From the IMG/VR virus record IMGVR_UViG_3300025070_000011: a DNA stretch of 64,000 nt; one strand, 5' to 3'. A program made the translations under genes and the position numbers. Within the stretch, counting starts at the first letter, position 1, and every line of letters begins with the position of its first letter. The notes beneath the pieces are model-generated. The model was not told the origin of the DNA, ran no database searches, and saw only the letters and a list, made by a program, of their open reading frames with translations. Of the stretch, positions 19,646 through 29,040 are shown in pieces. The stretch is from an uncultured virus (IMG/VR IMGVR_UViG_3300025070_000011). Its lineage: Duplodnaviria; Heunggongvirae; Uroviricota; Caudoviricetes.

Positions 19646-20227
19646 ATGGTATCGCCAAAGATTTTAACTTGTACAGTTTTATTTTTTCTAATTGTTACTG
19701 CGACTTTTGCAGTATTCCCAAACCAACCAAAAGAATTGCAACAGAAACTGCAGCCAATTGAGACTACTGTTTCTAAGATCATAATTAAACAAAAACTACC
19801 AGACCCCGAAGAAGTTTTTTGTCTCGCTCAAAACATATATCATGAAGCAAGAGGTGAAGATTTATCTGGACAAGTGGCTGTTGCTCATGTTACAATGAAC
19901 AGAGTAAGCAGTAGAAAGTTTCCGAACACAGTCTGCGAAGTTGTCTATCAGGCAAGATATTCAAAGTGGTGGATGGAAAGGGGAAAGAAAGTCCCAATTC
20001 GTCACAAGTGTCAGTTCTCTTGGTATTGTGATGGTAAGTCTGACGGCATTGGTGATTGGGATTCTTTTGACAACATAGCTATTGTATCCAGAGAAATCAT
20101 TCTGGGTATACATGAAGACAATACAAATGGCGCAGTATATTATCATGCAGATTATGTCAAACCGAATTGGTCTAACGCCATGACGGTTAGTGCTGTATAT
20201 GATAACCATATTTTTTATAGTGATTAA
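19646..20227 (+). CDS. Cell wall hydrolase, SleB/Hydrolase_2 family, with N-terminal hydrophobic anchor
   Basis: CLAQNIYHEARGE...VAHVTMNRV...FPNTVCEVV...CQFSW, GAVYYHA, HIFY. Confidence 0.92.
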   Translation: MVSPKILTCTVLFFLIVTATFAVFPNQPKELQQKLQPIETTVSKIIIKQKLPDPEEVFCLAQNIYHEARGEDLSGQVAVAHVTMNRVSSRKFPNTVCEVVYQARYSKWWMERGKKVPIRHKCQFSWYCDGKSDGIGDWDSFDNIAIVSREIILGIHEDNTNGAVYYHADYVKPNWSNAMTVSAVYDNHIFYSD

Positions 20228-21151
20228 ATGTCAACACACAATTTTATTGTAACTGGTGGATGTGGTTTTATTGGGTCTCATTTGGTTGAGGCCCTCCTTT
20301 TGCATGGACAAAACGTTTTGGTGATAGATGATCTCAGTAAGGGTCATTATAAGGTTCCTCATAAGAATGTTCAGTATCTCACTCAAAACGTATCAGATGT
20401 TTTTCCTGCTGGTAGGTATGATGCCATATTTCATTTGGCTGCGACACCCAGAGTAAGGATGTCTCAGAAGAATCCTTACCATACAATCAGAAACAATGTT
20501 GATAGTACACTGACTGTTTGCGAGTGGGCTAGAAAACTGAGAGTCCCTATATTCTTTGCCGCATCTTCTAGTACAAAGTTCAGTCAGAAAGATGCCAACC
20601 CATACACTTTTAGTAAGGCTACTTGCGAAGAGATACTAGAATTGTATCGGTCCCTTTACAACATCAAGTATCATATGTTATACTTCTATAATGTATACGG
20701 ACCCAGAGAAGCGGACTATGGTGAATATAGTACAGCTGTCAGGGCATTCAAAAAATGCGTTGAAGAAAACAAACCACTGCGAATATATGGAAGTGGTAAG
20801 AAGGAGAGAGACTTCACTCACATATATGATGTTATAGATGGTATTTTTCAGTTACTACAAACCAAAAGAAAACCACAGGATGTGCATCTAGGTAAAGGTG
20901 CTCCGGTTAGTATTCTTAGTGTTGCTCAAGCTTTCAATCATCCCATAGTTCACGAATTTGACAAGCCTGGAGAAAGTGAAAAGACATTATGTGAGTCGCC
21001 ATACTTTGAATGTGAATATGATGTAATTCGATATATCAAAGATTGGAAATCAGATTATCTAGAAACTAAATCAAAGGAAGAGGTAGTTCAAAATGCCAGT
21101 GAAAACACCCAAGTTAGACCCGACCCAGACGGACGAGTATATGATAACTAA
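20228..21151 (+). CDS. NAD-dependent nucleotide-sugar epimerase/dehydratase
   Basis: VTGGCGFIGSHL, FHLAA, YTFSK (YxxxK), FYNVYGP, RDFTHI. Confidence 0.92.
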   Translation: MSTHNFIVTGGCGFIGSHLVEALLLHGQNVLVIDDLSKGHYKVPHKNVQYLTQNVSDVFPAGRYDAIFHLAATPRVRMSQKNPYHTIRNNVDSTLTVCEWARKLRVPIFFAASSSTKFSQKDANPYTFSKATCEEILELYRSLYNIKYHMLYFYNVYGPREADYGEYSTAVRAFKKCVEENKPLRIYGSGKKERDFTHIYDVIDGIFQLLQTKRKPQDVHLGKGAPVSILSVAQAFNHPIVHEFDKPGESEKTLCESPYFECEYDVIRYIKDWKSDYLETKSKEEVVQNASENTQVRPDPDGRVYDN

Positions 21152-21374
21152 TCAACAATTTTCTAGTGCTGTTGAATTTTCTCAACACATCGAACGTAAG
21201 GCTAGTATCAGACAAAATTATATTGATGTTCTTACTGATTTTTGTGTTCGCAACGAGGTTGAGATTGAGAGCGTCAAAAAACTTCTAACCCCCTCGTTGA
21301 AAGAAAAGATCACCGCAGAAGCTCAGAATCTAAATCTTCTCAAACAGAAGAAGTCTGGTACTCTTCCCATATGA
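21093..21374 (+). CDS. gp33: Late promoter transcription co-activator gp33
   Basis: FS..IE...YID....C....IE...KLL...LKEKI..EA..LNLL pattern; synteny with gp59 and gp32. Confidence 0.85.
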   Translation: MPVKTPKLDPTQTDEYMITNQQFSSAVEFSQHIERKASIRQNYIDVLTDFCVRNEVEIESVKKLLTPSLKEKITAEAQNLNLLKQKKSGTLPI

Positions 21375-21973
21375 TAGAACCCTTTGAAGTCTATCGGCTT
21401 TACTTAGCAATCAAACTTCACTTTACTACAAAGAATTATGATATTGTAAAGTACAAGGGCAAGGTAAGAGTCAAAGAGGAAACATTTCGCAAGAGAAAAG
21501 ATTTGATCTCTATCAAGAAACTTGCTCGCGATTATAGCAGGGAAGAGATTATAAATTTTCTTGTTGCAAACTTTGTATCTGGTGAGAAGTGGGGTGGATT
21601 GTTTGACGTTGATGCCGCTAGACGATATGAAGAGTGGCAGAATAGAAAACTCAAACGAGAGTATCAATTCAAACAGGATGTTGATAGAATTGTATTGGAA
21701 ATGGAGAAACAAGACATCGATGACCCATTTGTTTCTATAGATGGTAAACATCCCTTGACTTTTCGTCTCTTTTTTGGTAATATAATTAGTATAGAGACAA
21801 TGACTATCTTAGATAAGATTTTCAACTTTGTCGATATGAACGCAAATGATATCTTGCTTGAAGATGCATCGATGTGCATTACAAAGTATAGACCATTTGT
21901 TAGGTTGTCGGACAACTTGAAGTCCTCAGCCGAACCTCTGAAAGATGTTATAAATAAGGAAGTACATCAATGA
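21371..21973 (+). CDS. gp59: Helicase loader gp59
   Basis: YRLYLAIKLHF...YD..KY.GK, F.KRKD, FLVANF, ISIET..ILD. Confidence 0.9.
   Translation: MIEPFEVYRLYLAIKLHFTTKNYDIVKYKGKVRVKEETFRKRKDLISIKKLARDYSREEIINFLVANFVSGEKWGGLFDVDAARRYEEWQNRKLKREYQFKQDVDRIVLEMEKQDIDDPFVSIDGKHPLTFRLFFGNIISIETMTILDKIFNFVDMNANDILLEDASMCITKYRPFVRLSDNLKSSAEPLKDVINKEVHQ
21949..21956 (+). promoter_or_regulatory. T4-type late promoter
   Basis: TATAAATA followed by AGGA SD and ATG at 21970. Confidence 0.65.
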
Positions 21974-22152
21974 GTAAGTCAAAAAGTTCCAGAGGAAAGG
22001 AACAACGTATTCATCGGGTCAATAGTGAAGTTAAAACTAGGCTTGACAAATACAAACATCTAGTGTATGATGAAGATGTATATGATAGTGATGAGTTTGT
22101 CGAGTCACTAACAGCAAAAAGCAAAATATACAGTAAACAAGAACCGAAATAA
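21970..22152 (+). CDS. Small hypothetical protein
   Basis: 60-aa ORF with SD and late promoter; overlaps the gp59 stop. Confidence 0.55.
   Translation: MSKSKSSRGKEQRIHRVNSEVKTRLDKYKHLVYDEDVYDSDEFVESLTAKSKIYSKQEPK
22043..22071 (+). promoter_or_regulatory. Sigma70-like promoter for gp32
   Basis: TTGACA-N17-TATGAT about 100 nt upstream of the gp32 ATG. Confidence 0.7.
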
Positions 22153-22173
22153 ATCGCATAAAAGGAAAAAACT

Positions 22174-23079
22174 ATGTCTGCAAATTCACTTTCTGATCTC
22201 CGTAAGAGTCGTGGCAGTTTCGATACTTTGCTTAAGCAAGTTGAGAAAATGTCAACCACTACCACAGAATCCAATGATACCGGCAAAGAGTGGAAACTCT
22301 CTGTTGATAAGGCTGGAAATGGTTCTGCCGTAATTCGTTTCCTTCCCCCCTCCAAGGGTGAGGAGAGTTATTGGGTACGTCTTTGGACACACGGTTTCCA
22401 AGGCCCTATGGGTAAGTGGTATATCGAAAACTCTCTTACTACTCTGAACCAACCCGATCCTGTTTCAGAACTCAACACAAAACTCTGGAACACTGGTGCG
22501 GATGCTGATAAGGAGACTGCTCGTAAACAGAAGCGCCGTCTTTCTTATTACTCTAACATTCTTGTTGTGAGTGATCCTGCCAACCCAGAAAACGAAGGTA
22601 AAGTTTTCTTGTATCGTTACGGTCAGAAAATCTTTGAGATGATTCAAGACGTAATCAAACCAGAACTCCCCACCGAAGACCCAATCAATCCCTTTGATCC
22701 GTGGGAAGGTGTGGACTTTGCTCTTCTCGCAAGGAATGTTGCTGGTTATAGGAATTACGATAAGTCCAAGTTTGGTTCCAAGGTTCGTCCTGTTGCCGAA
22801 TCTGACGAAGCCATTGATGCAATCTGGGCACAACAGTATTCTCTTAACGAGATCGTTGATCCTAGTCAATTCAAGTCTTACGATGAACTCTCACAAAAGT
22901 TGACTGCTGTCTTGGGTGGTGCTGTCGCTCCCGCACCTACCGTATCATCGCAAACCGATGATATTGAAGACGATATCTTTGTTGCGGAAACCACCGCATC
23001 AACAGAAACAGTTACAGTTTCATCATCTGATGATGAAGATGCCATGTCGTATTTCTCCCGACTGGCAGACGATGACTGA
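22174..23079 (+). CDS. gp32: Single-stranded DNA-binding protein gp32
   Basis: WKL..DKAGNGSAVIRFLP, HGFQGP.GKWYIEN, KRRLSYYSNILVV.DP, NYDKSKF, acidic tail SYFSRLADDD. Confidence 0.97.
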   Translation: MSANSLSDLRKSRGSFDTLLKQVEKMSTTTTESNDTGKEWKLSVDKAGNGSAVIRFLPPSKGEESYWVRLWTHGFQGPMGKWYIENSLTTLNQPDPVSELNTKLWNTGADADKETARKQKRRLSYYSNILVVSDPANPENEGKVFLYRYGQKIFEMIQDVIKPELPTEDPINPFDPWEGVDFALLARNVAGYRNYDKSKFGSKVRPVAESDEAIDAIWAQQYSLNEIVDPSQFKSYDELSQKLTAVLGGAVAPAPTVSSQTDDIEDDIFVAETTASTETVTVSSSDDEDAMSYFSRLADDD

Positions 23080-23099
23080 TACATAGTCTCGTCTCTCTT

Positions 23100-23129
23100 G
23101 GGCGCCATAAATACTGGCGCCCTTTTTTT
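23100..23129 (+). terminator. Rho-independent terminator after gp32
   Basis: GGGCGCCA-TAAATAC-TGGCGCCC followed by T7. Confidence 0.9.
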
Positions 23130-23138
23130 ATCTGGTGA

Positions 23139-24644
23139 ATGATGCATAGTATTATTTTTGGTGGCCAACTTGAAGATTTGGGTATAGAGTTTGATAGCTC
23201 GAAGGTCAGTATCAGACGATCTTCTGGCGGACATAAAATTGCCACGTTTCTCAGACAACACGAATACGATGTTGAAGTCGTTGACTATATCCACAGGTGG
23301 TCGCTAGATCAACTCAAGCAATATGTTGAACCCAGAGTCACGGATGACTTTTTGTTCTTTGGTTTTGGTTCTACGTTCTATCTCGACTCGCCTACGATAC
23401 TTTCTTTTATACAATGGTTGAAAGAGACGTATCCCCACATTCCCCTTGTCGCCGGCAGTCAAAACAATTCTATGAAACACTTGGAAATGGATTGGTATGT
23501 GTACGGGTGGGGTGAGAATGCCATCCTTGCACTGATCGATCACTTCAAGGGTGGGCCCGAACCGATTCATGCAAACAAGACAATAAACTGTTACGTCAAC
23601 TACAAATCTTTTCCCAAGGACGATCTCAGGGTGTCATACAAGGACACCGACTTTATCAACCCCAGAGAAATTTTGTTGTTGGAGTTTGCCCGTGGGTGCA
23701 AATTCAAATGTAAGTTTTGCAGTTTCCCCGTTCTAGGTGTCAAGGGTGATTACTCTCGCACGGCTCAAAGTGTGTACGATGAGATGCTAGAGAACTATGA
23801 CAAGTGGGGTACAGAACACTACATTGTACTTGATGAAACCTTCAACGATTCCAGTGAGAAGATTGAGAAGTTTGCCAGTGTCATAGAGAAACTGCCATTC
23901 ACACCGAAGATGACTGCATACATTCGTGCAGACTTGATGACCACCAGAAAACGGGATTGGGATAATCTAATCAAGATGGGAATCACCTCACACTTCTATG
24001 GTGTGGAGAGTATGAACCATGAGTCTGCCAAGTCTATCGGTAAAGGTATGGACAGTGGCAGAATCAAGGAGGGGTTGTTAGAGGTTGATGAGTACTTCCG
24101 CAGTGCAGGATTTTACAAGGGTCACATATCTCTGATTGCTGGACTGCCTCATGAGACGATAGATACGTTGCGAGACACTGGCAGATGGTTGTCTGAATAC
24201 TGGAATCAGAATAGTTATCACATGAATGTTCTGATGATAAAGGACTTGGAAAACAATTCAGAAACACTGAATCACAACTCCGAGTTTGATAAAAAGTGGT
24301 TTGACTACGGGTATCGACGAGAGATTATTCCGATTGACGATATTGATTGGTCAAAGAGTAGAAACCCGTTTTATAAAGAATTGTATGATTGGGTTGCGTC
24401 TACGGGATACTATTTGTTTTGGAGAAACGAACACACAAACCTACAAGAAGTTATGCGTTTCTGTGCAGAGGAATTCAGTCAGTATCAGGCGAAGAATTTA
24501 ATTGATCCATTTCTGTACGATAAATTCTTTATCGACCCCAGCGTAGAGTGGTCAGACTTTGCTACAAAGATTCACATGGAAAGAAGAACCGAACATGTGT
24601 TGGATCACGTTGATGGATATATCTCTAAAAAAATATTATCTTAG
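23139..24644 (+). CDS. Radical SAM protein with cobalamin-binding-like N-terminal domain (class B-like architecture)
   Basis: EFARGCKFKCKFC, LDETFND, YIRADL, GVESMN, LIAGLPHET; N-terminal Rossmann-like 'VAG...WYVYGWGE'. Confidence 0.85.
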   Translation: MMHSIIFGGQLEDLGIEFDSSKVSIRRSSGGHKIATFLRQHEYDVEVVDYIHRWSLDQLKQYVEPRVTDDFLFFGFGSTFYLDSPTILSFIQWLKETYPHIPLVAGSQNNSMKHLEMDWYVYGWGENAILALIDHFKGGPEPIHANKTINCYVNYKSFPKDDLRVSYKDTDFINPREILLLEFARGCKFKCKFCSFPVLGVKGDYSRTAQSVYDEMLENYDKWGTEHYIVLDETFNDSSEKIEKFASVIEKLPFTPKMTAYIRADLMTTRKRDWDNLIKMGITSHFYGVESMNHESAKSIGKGMDSGRIKEGLLEVDEYFRSAGFYKGHISLIAGLPHETIDTLRDTGRWLSEYWNQNSYHMNVLMIKDLENNSETLNHNSEFDKKWFDYGYRREIIPIDDIDWSKSRNPFYKELYDWVASTGYYLFWRNEHTNLQEVMRFCAEEFSQYQAKNLIDPFLYDKFFIDPSVEWSDFATKIHMERRTEHVLDHVDGYISKKILS

Positions 24645-26536
24645 GTATAATAAGAACCATTATTCATAATCATCATAAGTTCCGCACTGCCTTGCGGGAA
24701 AGTTGTTTTGGCGTTCGCGACACTAACGTTGATATTTGGTTGGATCGGGGTTACTCCGGTAGACTGGATTTTTTGTCCTTCTGCGACACTTTGGCCAACT
24801 CCAGCAGCAAGCTGACTTGCTGTTTTCTCTTTATCTTTGGCTACTGCTGAATCTGTATTGATCTCAACTTTATCTGCACTCATGCCCAACATCGGAAGGG
24901 TTTGGTCTACTGCATCCATGACCGTAGTTCCCATCTCTTTGACCTCATCAATTTCATTTCCTACTCGACCTTCAAACAGTCTACCGAAGAACCCTCGTTC
25001 TTGATTTATGGGTGTGGGCTGAGTTGACTCAAATTGGGCTTGGGTTTCCGCTGTGGGGGTTCCATCTGCATTGTGCGTGGCACCAAACTTTTCATCCCAA
25101 TTTGCTTGTCTTTCTTCCAAATCTGCATTCTTCAAGTCACCCGATCTTCCCATTTGTTTGACGGGTCTTGCTTCTACTGAGTCCGCCGTCTTTATTTCAT
25201 CTGCACTCTTGAAAAGATTTGCTGCATACTCACCTACGGCCTGCTGAACTTCATCCCATCTTTGTTCATATCCCTCACTATTCATTTCTTCTGAGGTGGT
25301 CGGGTCTCTACCGTCATGGACATCCATGTACACATCTCTAGCTGCAGTAGCTATGTCAAGCGCTGTTCCCGAAACACTGGGTAAGAAAATAGAACCCGCC
25401 TCCATCATCGCGCCTCGGAAGTCTCGAGCGAAAAGTTTCTCTACTGCGAATCCTCCACTGACAAGCGCTCCTAAGAGGGGTACTGCTTTTGCAGCTACAG
25501 TGCTGAGGCGTTTTGTGATCGCCTTAGCTATTTTACCTTTATTACTGCCAGGGGCATCAGGGACATCGTTTGCAGCTGTAGCAAGATCAACGGGTGGAGT
25601 GATTGTTTTGGGCCCACCCGCAGCTCCAGCAGCAGCTGGTTGCGCGACAGGTTTGCCATTCATATCGATGTCTTTACTGATGGGGGTAACGTTAGATTTC
25701 GGTCCAGAGTCAATCGTTGCTGCTGCGGTAGTGGCACCTCTGCCAGTAGCTTTGGCGACAGCTTCTCTAGTTGATTCTACTGCCGATGTTGCGACTCTCA
25801 CTCCCGCTTTCCCGATTGCTTGACCCGTTTTGCTCGAGGCTATTTTAGCGCCTGCTTTCGCGGCCAAGACCCCGGCGGTCTTGGTGGTCTTTGGTTTCAT
25901 CAGCAGGTCTTGCGCTTCTTTATCAATTGAGGTTTGTGCTTTATCTTGTTCACTGTCTGGTATCCCGTCTGCATTTCTGTCGGTCGTATCGCCTTTACCA
26001 CCAAGAAACAGGGCGCCCACGCCGGCACCGAGCCCCAAAAATGATCTTAGATCACCAACTGGTTTATCTCCAGACCCAGCAAACATTCCTCTAGCTGCAT
26101 TGCCGTTGTTTGCTACTGGTCTGTTCATCATAGAACCAATTGTTGCAGTATCACCTTTAATCGATACTAAAACTCTTTCAATATCTTGTAGTTGTCTTAC
26201 TACAGGATCGGAACTGTCTGCATCTGATAGGGCGCTCGTTGCAGCGGCCGAATTTACCATGCCGGCACCACCGGCGCCACTAAAGAATCCTACGCCCGAA
26301 CCACCACCGGCTCCCATTCCTTCTATGCTATCTTCAATATCGTTGAGATTTTTGTTGAGCGATAGTACACCAAGTCCTGGCGCGCCGTATTTCACGCCGC
26401 CACCTAGTAATCCTTTAACTTTTCTACCGCCACTCACGACAGCACCTTTAGCTTTGCCAAAGAGGCCTCTCGCACCGCTCAGTGCGCCGTCGCCGATGGC
26501 GTTTAATATTTGATTACCAGTTTTTGCGAGTCCCAT
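24641..26536 (-). CDS. Probable tail tape-measure / baseplate hub protein (gp29-like position)
   Basis: 631-aa Ala/Gly-rich protein with 'KAVPLLGALVSGGFA' amphipathic segment; lies directly downstream of gp26-gp51. Confidence 0.6.
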   Translation of the reverse strand: MGLAKTGNQILNAIGDGALSGARGLFGKAKGAVVSGGRKVKGLLGGGVKYGAPGLGVLSLNKNLNDIEDSIEGMGAGGGSGVGFFSGAGGAGMVNSAAATSALSDADSSDPVVRQLQDIERVLVSIKGDTATIGSMMNRPVANNGNAARGMFAGSGDKPVGDLRSFLGLGAGVGALFLGGKGDTTDRNADGIPDSEQDKAQTSIDKEAQDLLMKPKTTKTAGVLAAKAGAKIASSKTGQAIGKAGVRVATSAVESTREAVAKATGRGATTAAATIDSGPKSNVTPISKDIDMNGKPVAQPAAAGAAGGPKTITPPVDLATAANDVPDAPGSNKGKIAKAITKRLSTVAAKAVPLLGALVSGGFAVEKLFARDFRGAMMEAGSIFLPSVSGTALDIATAARDVYMDVHDGRDPTTSEEMNSEGYEQRWDEVQQAVGEYAANLFKSADEIKTADSVEARPVKQMGRSGDLKNADLEERQANWDEKFGATHNADGTPTAETQAQFESTQPTPINQERGFFGRLFEGRVGNEIDEVKEMGTTVMDAVDQTLPMLGMSADKVEINTDSAVAKDKEKTASQLAAGVGQSVAEGQKIQSTGVTPIQPNINVSVANAKTTFPQGSAELMMIMNNGSYYT

Positions 26537-26543
26537 TTTTAGC

Positions 26544-26720
26544 CTATGTGTAGTTGTTTTTTTCTGATTTCTTTTTGAGGTGAGTAACCAACATTCCGAT
26601 GTAAACTGACCTCTCCCACGGCATCATATTCTCAACCTCTGTTAAACTATATTTATGTTCTTGCATCAACAAAAAGTTTGTTTTAAAATAGTTTTGCAGA
26701 GATTCATGGAAGAGGTTCAT
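26544..26720 (-). CDS. gp51: Baseplate hub assembly catalyst gp51 (short form)
   Basis: YFKTNFLLMQEHKYSLTEVENMMPWERSVY motif; ATG overlaps the gp26 stop. Confidence 0.8.
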   Translation of the reverse strand: MNLFHESLQNYFKTNFLLMQEHKYSLTEVENMMPWERSVYIGMLVTHLKKKSEKNNYT

Positions 26721-27418
26721 GCGAAAAAATCGAGATAACCATTCATGAAGATATAATTTTCCTTCCCACATGCCTTACAGTTAAATTCAATTTTGTTTTC
26801 CAATGTAGGCATTGTTTCATAGAAATCTCTGATTTTTTCAAACTGATCTGTTGTCATGTTTTCTATGAATTCCATTTTATCTTCTTCTGATACTTCATTC
26901 GCCTCGTATATAGAATCTTCAATATAAATCTTATCCAAACACGCAGCAGCCACCGAATAAATTTCTGCATTTTCCTCTGTACCAGCGATCTCTTTCAACT
27001 CCGATGCCACTGGGTATCGCATCTCTACAGTCATAGTATCCGATATTTTCAACGTTTTGGTATGATTCTCATTTTCAGTTATTGTAAAGTTGTTTAGATC
27101 AATAATAACGTCTTGTTTTTGTTCGCAAAACCCACAGGCAAATCGTGCCTCAATATCAGAACCAATCGATAATTTTCTCAACTGCATGAATATACTTTGC
27201 ATGTCGAAGATGGGTAATTCATCTCCATCGATTTTACCAAACGAACAGTTTGTGATAACCTGTTGTGTTGCCTTCACCATGTCTAGAATTTCGTTGGTCT
27301 CTGAAGCCATAACTAAAAGTTTTTCTTCTTTTACTAGAAACGGTCTGAACTGATGAGTTTCTTTCTTTGAATACACATAAATGTCTACCAAAGGATATTC
27401 TGTAATAGGTAACGCCAT
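26717..27418 (-). CDS. gp26: Baseplate hub assembly protein gp26
   Basis: MALP...FRPFLVKEEKLL, LRK.S.G, CxxC twice, MRYP, ends GYLDFFA. Confidence 0.9.
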   Translation of the reverse strand: MALPITEYPLVDIYVYSKKETHQFRPFLVKEEKLLVMASETNEILDMVKATQQVITNCSFGKIDGDELPIFDMQSIFMQLRKLSIGSDIEARFACGFCEQKQDVIIDLNNFTITENENHTKTLKISDTMTVEMRYPVASELKEIAGTEENAEIYSVAAACLDKIYIEDSIYEANEVSEEDKMEFIENMTTDQFEKIRDFYETMPTLENKIEFNCKACGKENYIFMNGYLDFFA

Positions 27419-27445
27419 TATTAAACTCCAATTATTTTAAAAATT

Positions 27446-27964
27446 TCATGCTGCTTCCCACCACCTGTAGCAGAATGTTACTGATACTCTAACAATACCA
27501 TCACCACCCTGTGCAACAGGAGTGATGTTCAATAATCTAGGAAACGCATGATAGAGCATCCAACTTGATTTTACCGCATCTTCTCGGTCCAATACTTTTA
27601 CTTTTACACTGCCAGATGGAGCATATGTATCGTAATAGTTTGGTTCCTTGCCACCAGCAGGAATGACCTGATTCATCCAGTTTTCTAGATATGTTCTGGG
27701 AGTCCAATCCACATCGCAATAGAATGTGAACGCAGCAGATTCTCCAAAATATTCTACGCCGTGAACTCTGTTTTCTGTCCACATACCAACCTTAGTTGGG
27801 GCCCATAGTGCCTGTAAGCCAGGAATAGAAGCTTCCTCACAGAGAAGAGATGGCAATCTATCTCCTCCAACCGGACTCATTAATTCAATCTCAAATCTAT
27901 TTGCTCTCGCCATGTCACTACTTCTGACTTGACTGAGAAAACTGTTTAGGTCAAAATTTGCCAT
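27446..27964 (-). CDS. Tail tube-fold protein (gp54 baseplate-tube initiator / gp19-like)
   Basis: ARANRFEI, LLCEEASIPG, FTFYCD, ENWMN, AFP, VSVTF.YR.W. Confidence 0.75.
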   Translation of the reverse strand: MANFDLNSFLSQVRSSDMARANRFEIELMSPVGGDRLPSLLCEEASIPGLQALWAPTKVGMWTENRVHGVEYFGESAAFTFYCDVDWTPRTYLENWMNQVIPAGGKEPNYYDTYAPSGSVKVKVLDREDAVKSSWMLYHAFPRLLNITPVAQGGDGIVRVSVTFCYRWWEAA

Positions 27965-28534
27965 TTACATCATACCTCTAGAGTCTGAAAATACCGAGGA
28001 CTTACTTGTGTTAAAATCTTCTACGGGAAGGAATATTGCAGCCTTCCAATCAAGAGGGTCTATCCTGTGAAAAGAACTACGCATTTGTGTAGTCAAATAT
28101 CTTTTTACACAGGGTTTTACTTCTGGAAATCTGGCAGCACTACTCAATAACTCCCAACTATATCTCATCTGTGACTGAGAAGTTATTTCTTTGTCATCCA
28201 GAGTTTCCAACAGTTTACCCAACAACTGCGCTCGTAAAAGATACGGTAGATAATGTAAATTCATTCCCCAGAATCCATCTTTTGTTGGTTCAAACGGTAG
28301 ACATAGTGGAAATGCATCAAAGTACGGCAATGTGTTTTTATGTTTTGCATCATATCTGAACAGATACATTTCACCAATGTCATATATGGCCTGTCTTTTT
28401 GAAATGCTAGAAGACATCGCAGTGCTAGGGTTGTTGATTCCCCTTGCAACTTTTCTGACCTGATTCATATACCAATTGAACGATTTTGACTGATCGTTGG
28501 AATTGGCCCTTATCTGTTCAAATGGGTTTGCCAT
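27965..28534 (-). CDS. gp2: DNA end protector protein gp2
   Basis: MYLFRYDAKHK.TLPYFD.FPL, GMNLHYLP, CVKRYL, W..AIFLP. Confidence 0.92.
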   Translation of the reverse strand: MANPFEQIRANSNDQSKSFNWYMNQVRKVARGINNPSTAMSSSISKRQAIYDIGEMYLFRYDAKHKNTLPYFDAFPLCLPFEPTKDGFWGMNLHYLPYLLRAQLLGKLLETLDDKEITSQSQMRYSWELLSSAARFPEVKPCVKRYLTTQMRSSFHRIDPLDWKAAIFLPVEDFNTSKSSVFSDSRGMM

Positions 28535-28539
28535 GGGAC

Positions 28540-28547
28540 TATTTATA
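28540..28547 (-). promoter_or_regulatory. T4-type late promoter for gp2 and the downstream tail genes
   Basis: TATAAATA on the minus strand just upstream of ATG 28534. Confidence 0.7.
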
Positions 28548-28557
28548 ATACTAAATT

Positions 28558-28998
28558 CTAATTATACTTTATACCCAATTCTTTTTCTGTGACAATCATA
28601 AACTTCCATCCCCTATCAGCGCAGAACTCCTTTGCGGACTTCCATTTGGCCTCGTTGACACCCCACTGTGCTACCTCTTCTAAATACCTTTTAGTCTTCT
28701 TTCTTGGTTCTGGTGGTTTTGTAAACCTAGATGGTTTTATTTCTATCAGATATGATTTGCCTTTGATGTTTGCGTAGAAGTCAACAAAGTATCTGTGAAT
28801 TTTTTTGTCCATTGGAGACCTGTATGGAATCACAACCGATTCGGAGGACCAGAAGGTTACATCTCTGTTCATATCACACCAATTCATAAATTTTAATTCA
28901 TATCCAGACCTATAGATGATTTTGCTCGAATCCCCACGATATTTTTTGGGGTTTTTAGGAATAAATCGTCCTTGGTGCAAATCTTTTCTATATGGCAT
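28558..28998 (-). CDS. gp4: Head completion nuclease gp4 (TnsA-like)
   Basis: G.F.PKNPKKY.GD...IIYRS..E.KFM.WCD, HRYFVDF, IEIKP, N.AKW..A; start taken at MPYRK (28998). Confidence 0.92.
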   Translation of the reverse strand: MPYRKDLHQGRFIPKNPKKYRGDSSKIIYRSGYELKFMNWCDMNRDVTFWSSESVVIPYRSPMDKKIHRYFVDFYANIKGKSYLIEIKPSRFTKPPEPRKKTKRYLEEVAQWGVNEAKWKSAKEFCADRGWKFMIVTEKELGIKYN

Positions 28999-29006
28999 TA
29001 TAAATA
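28999..29006 (+). promoter_or_regulatory. T4-type late promoter for the baseplate operon
   Basis: TATAAATA 35 nt upstream of the gp48 ATG; divergent from gp4. Confidence 0.75.
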
Positions 29007-29040
29007 GTCCAATAATAACTAAACTATTTAGGTACATGTT

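Noticed and set aside
25296..26513. Two long plus-strand ORFs (175 and 227 aa)
   Set aside because: Antisense shadows of the Ala/Gly-rich tape-measure-like gene, explained by its codon bias.
28558..28998. TnsA-like nuclease as a transposon or homing element
   Set aside because: Motifs and synteny with gp2 and gp48 identify it as head completion protein gp4; no terminal repeats.
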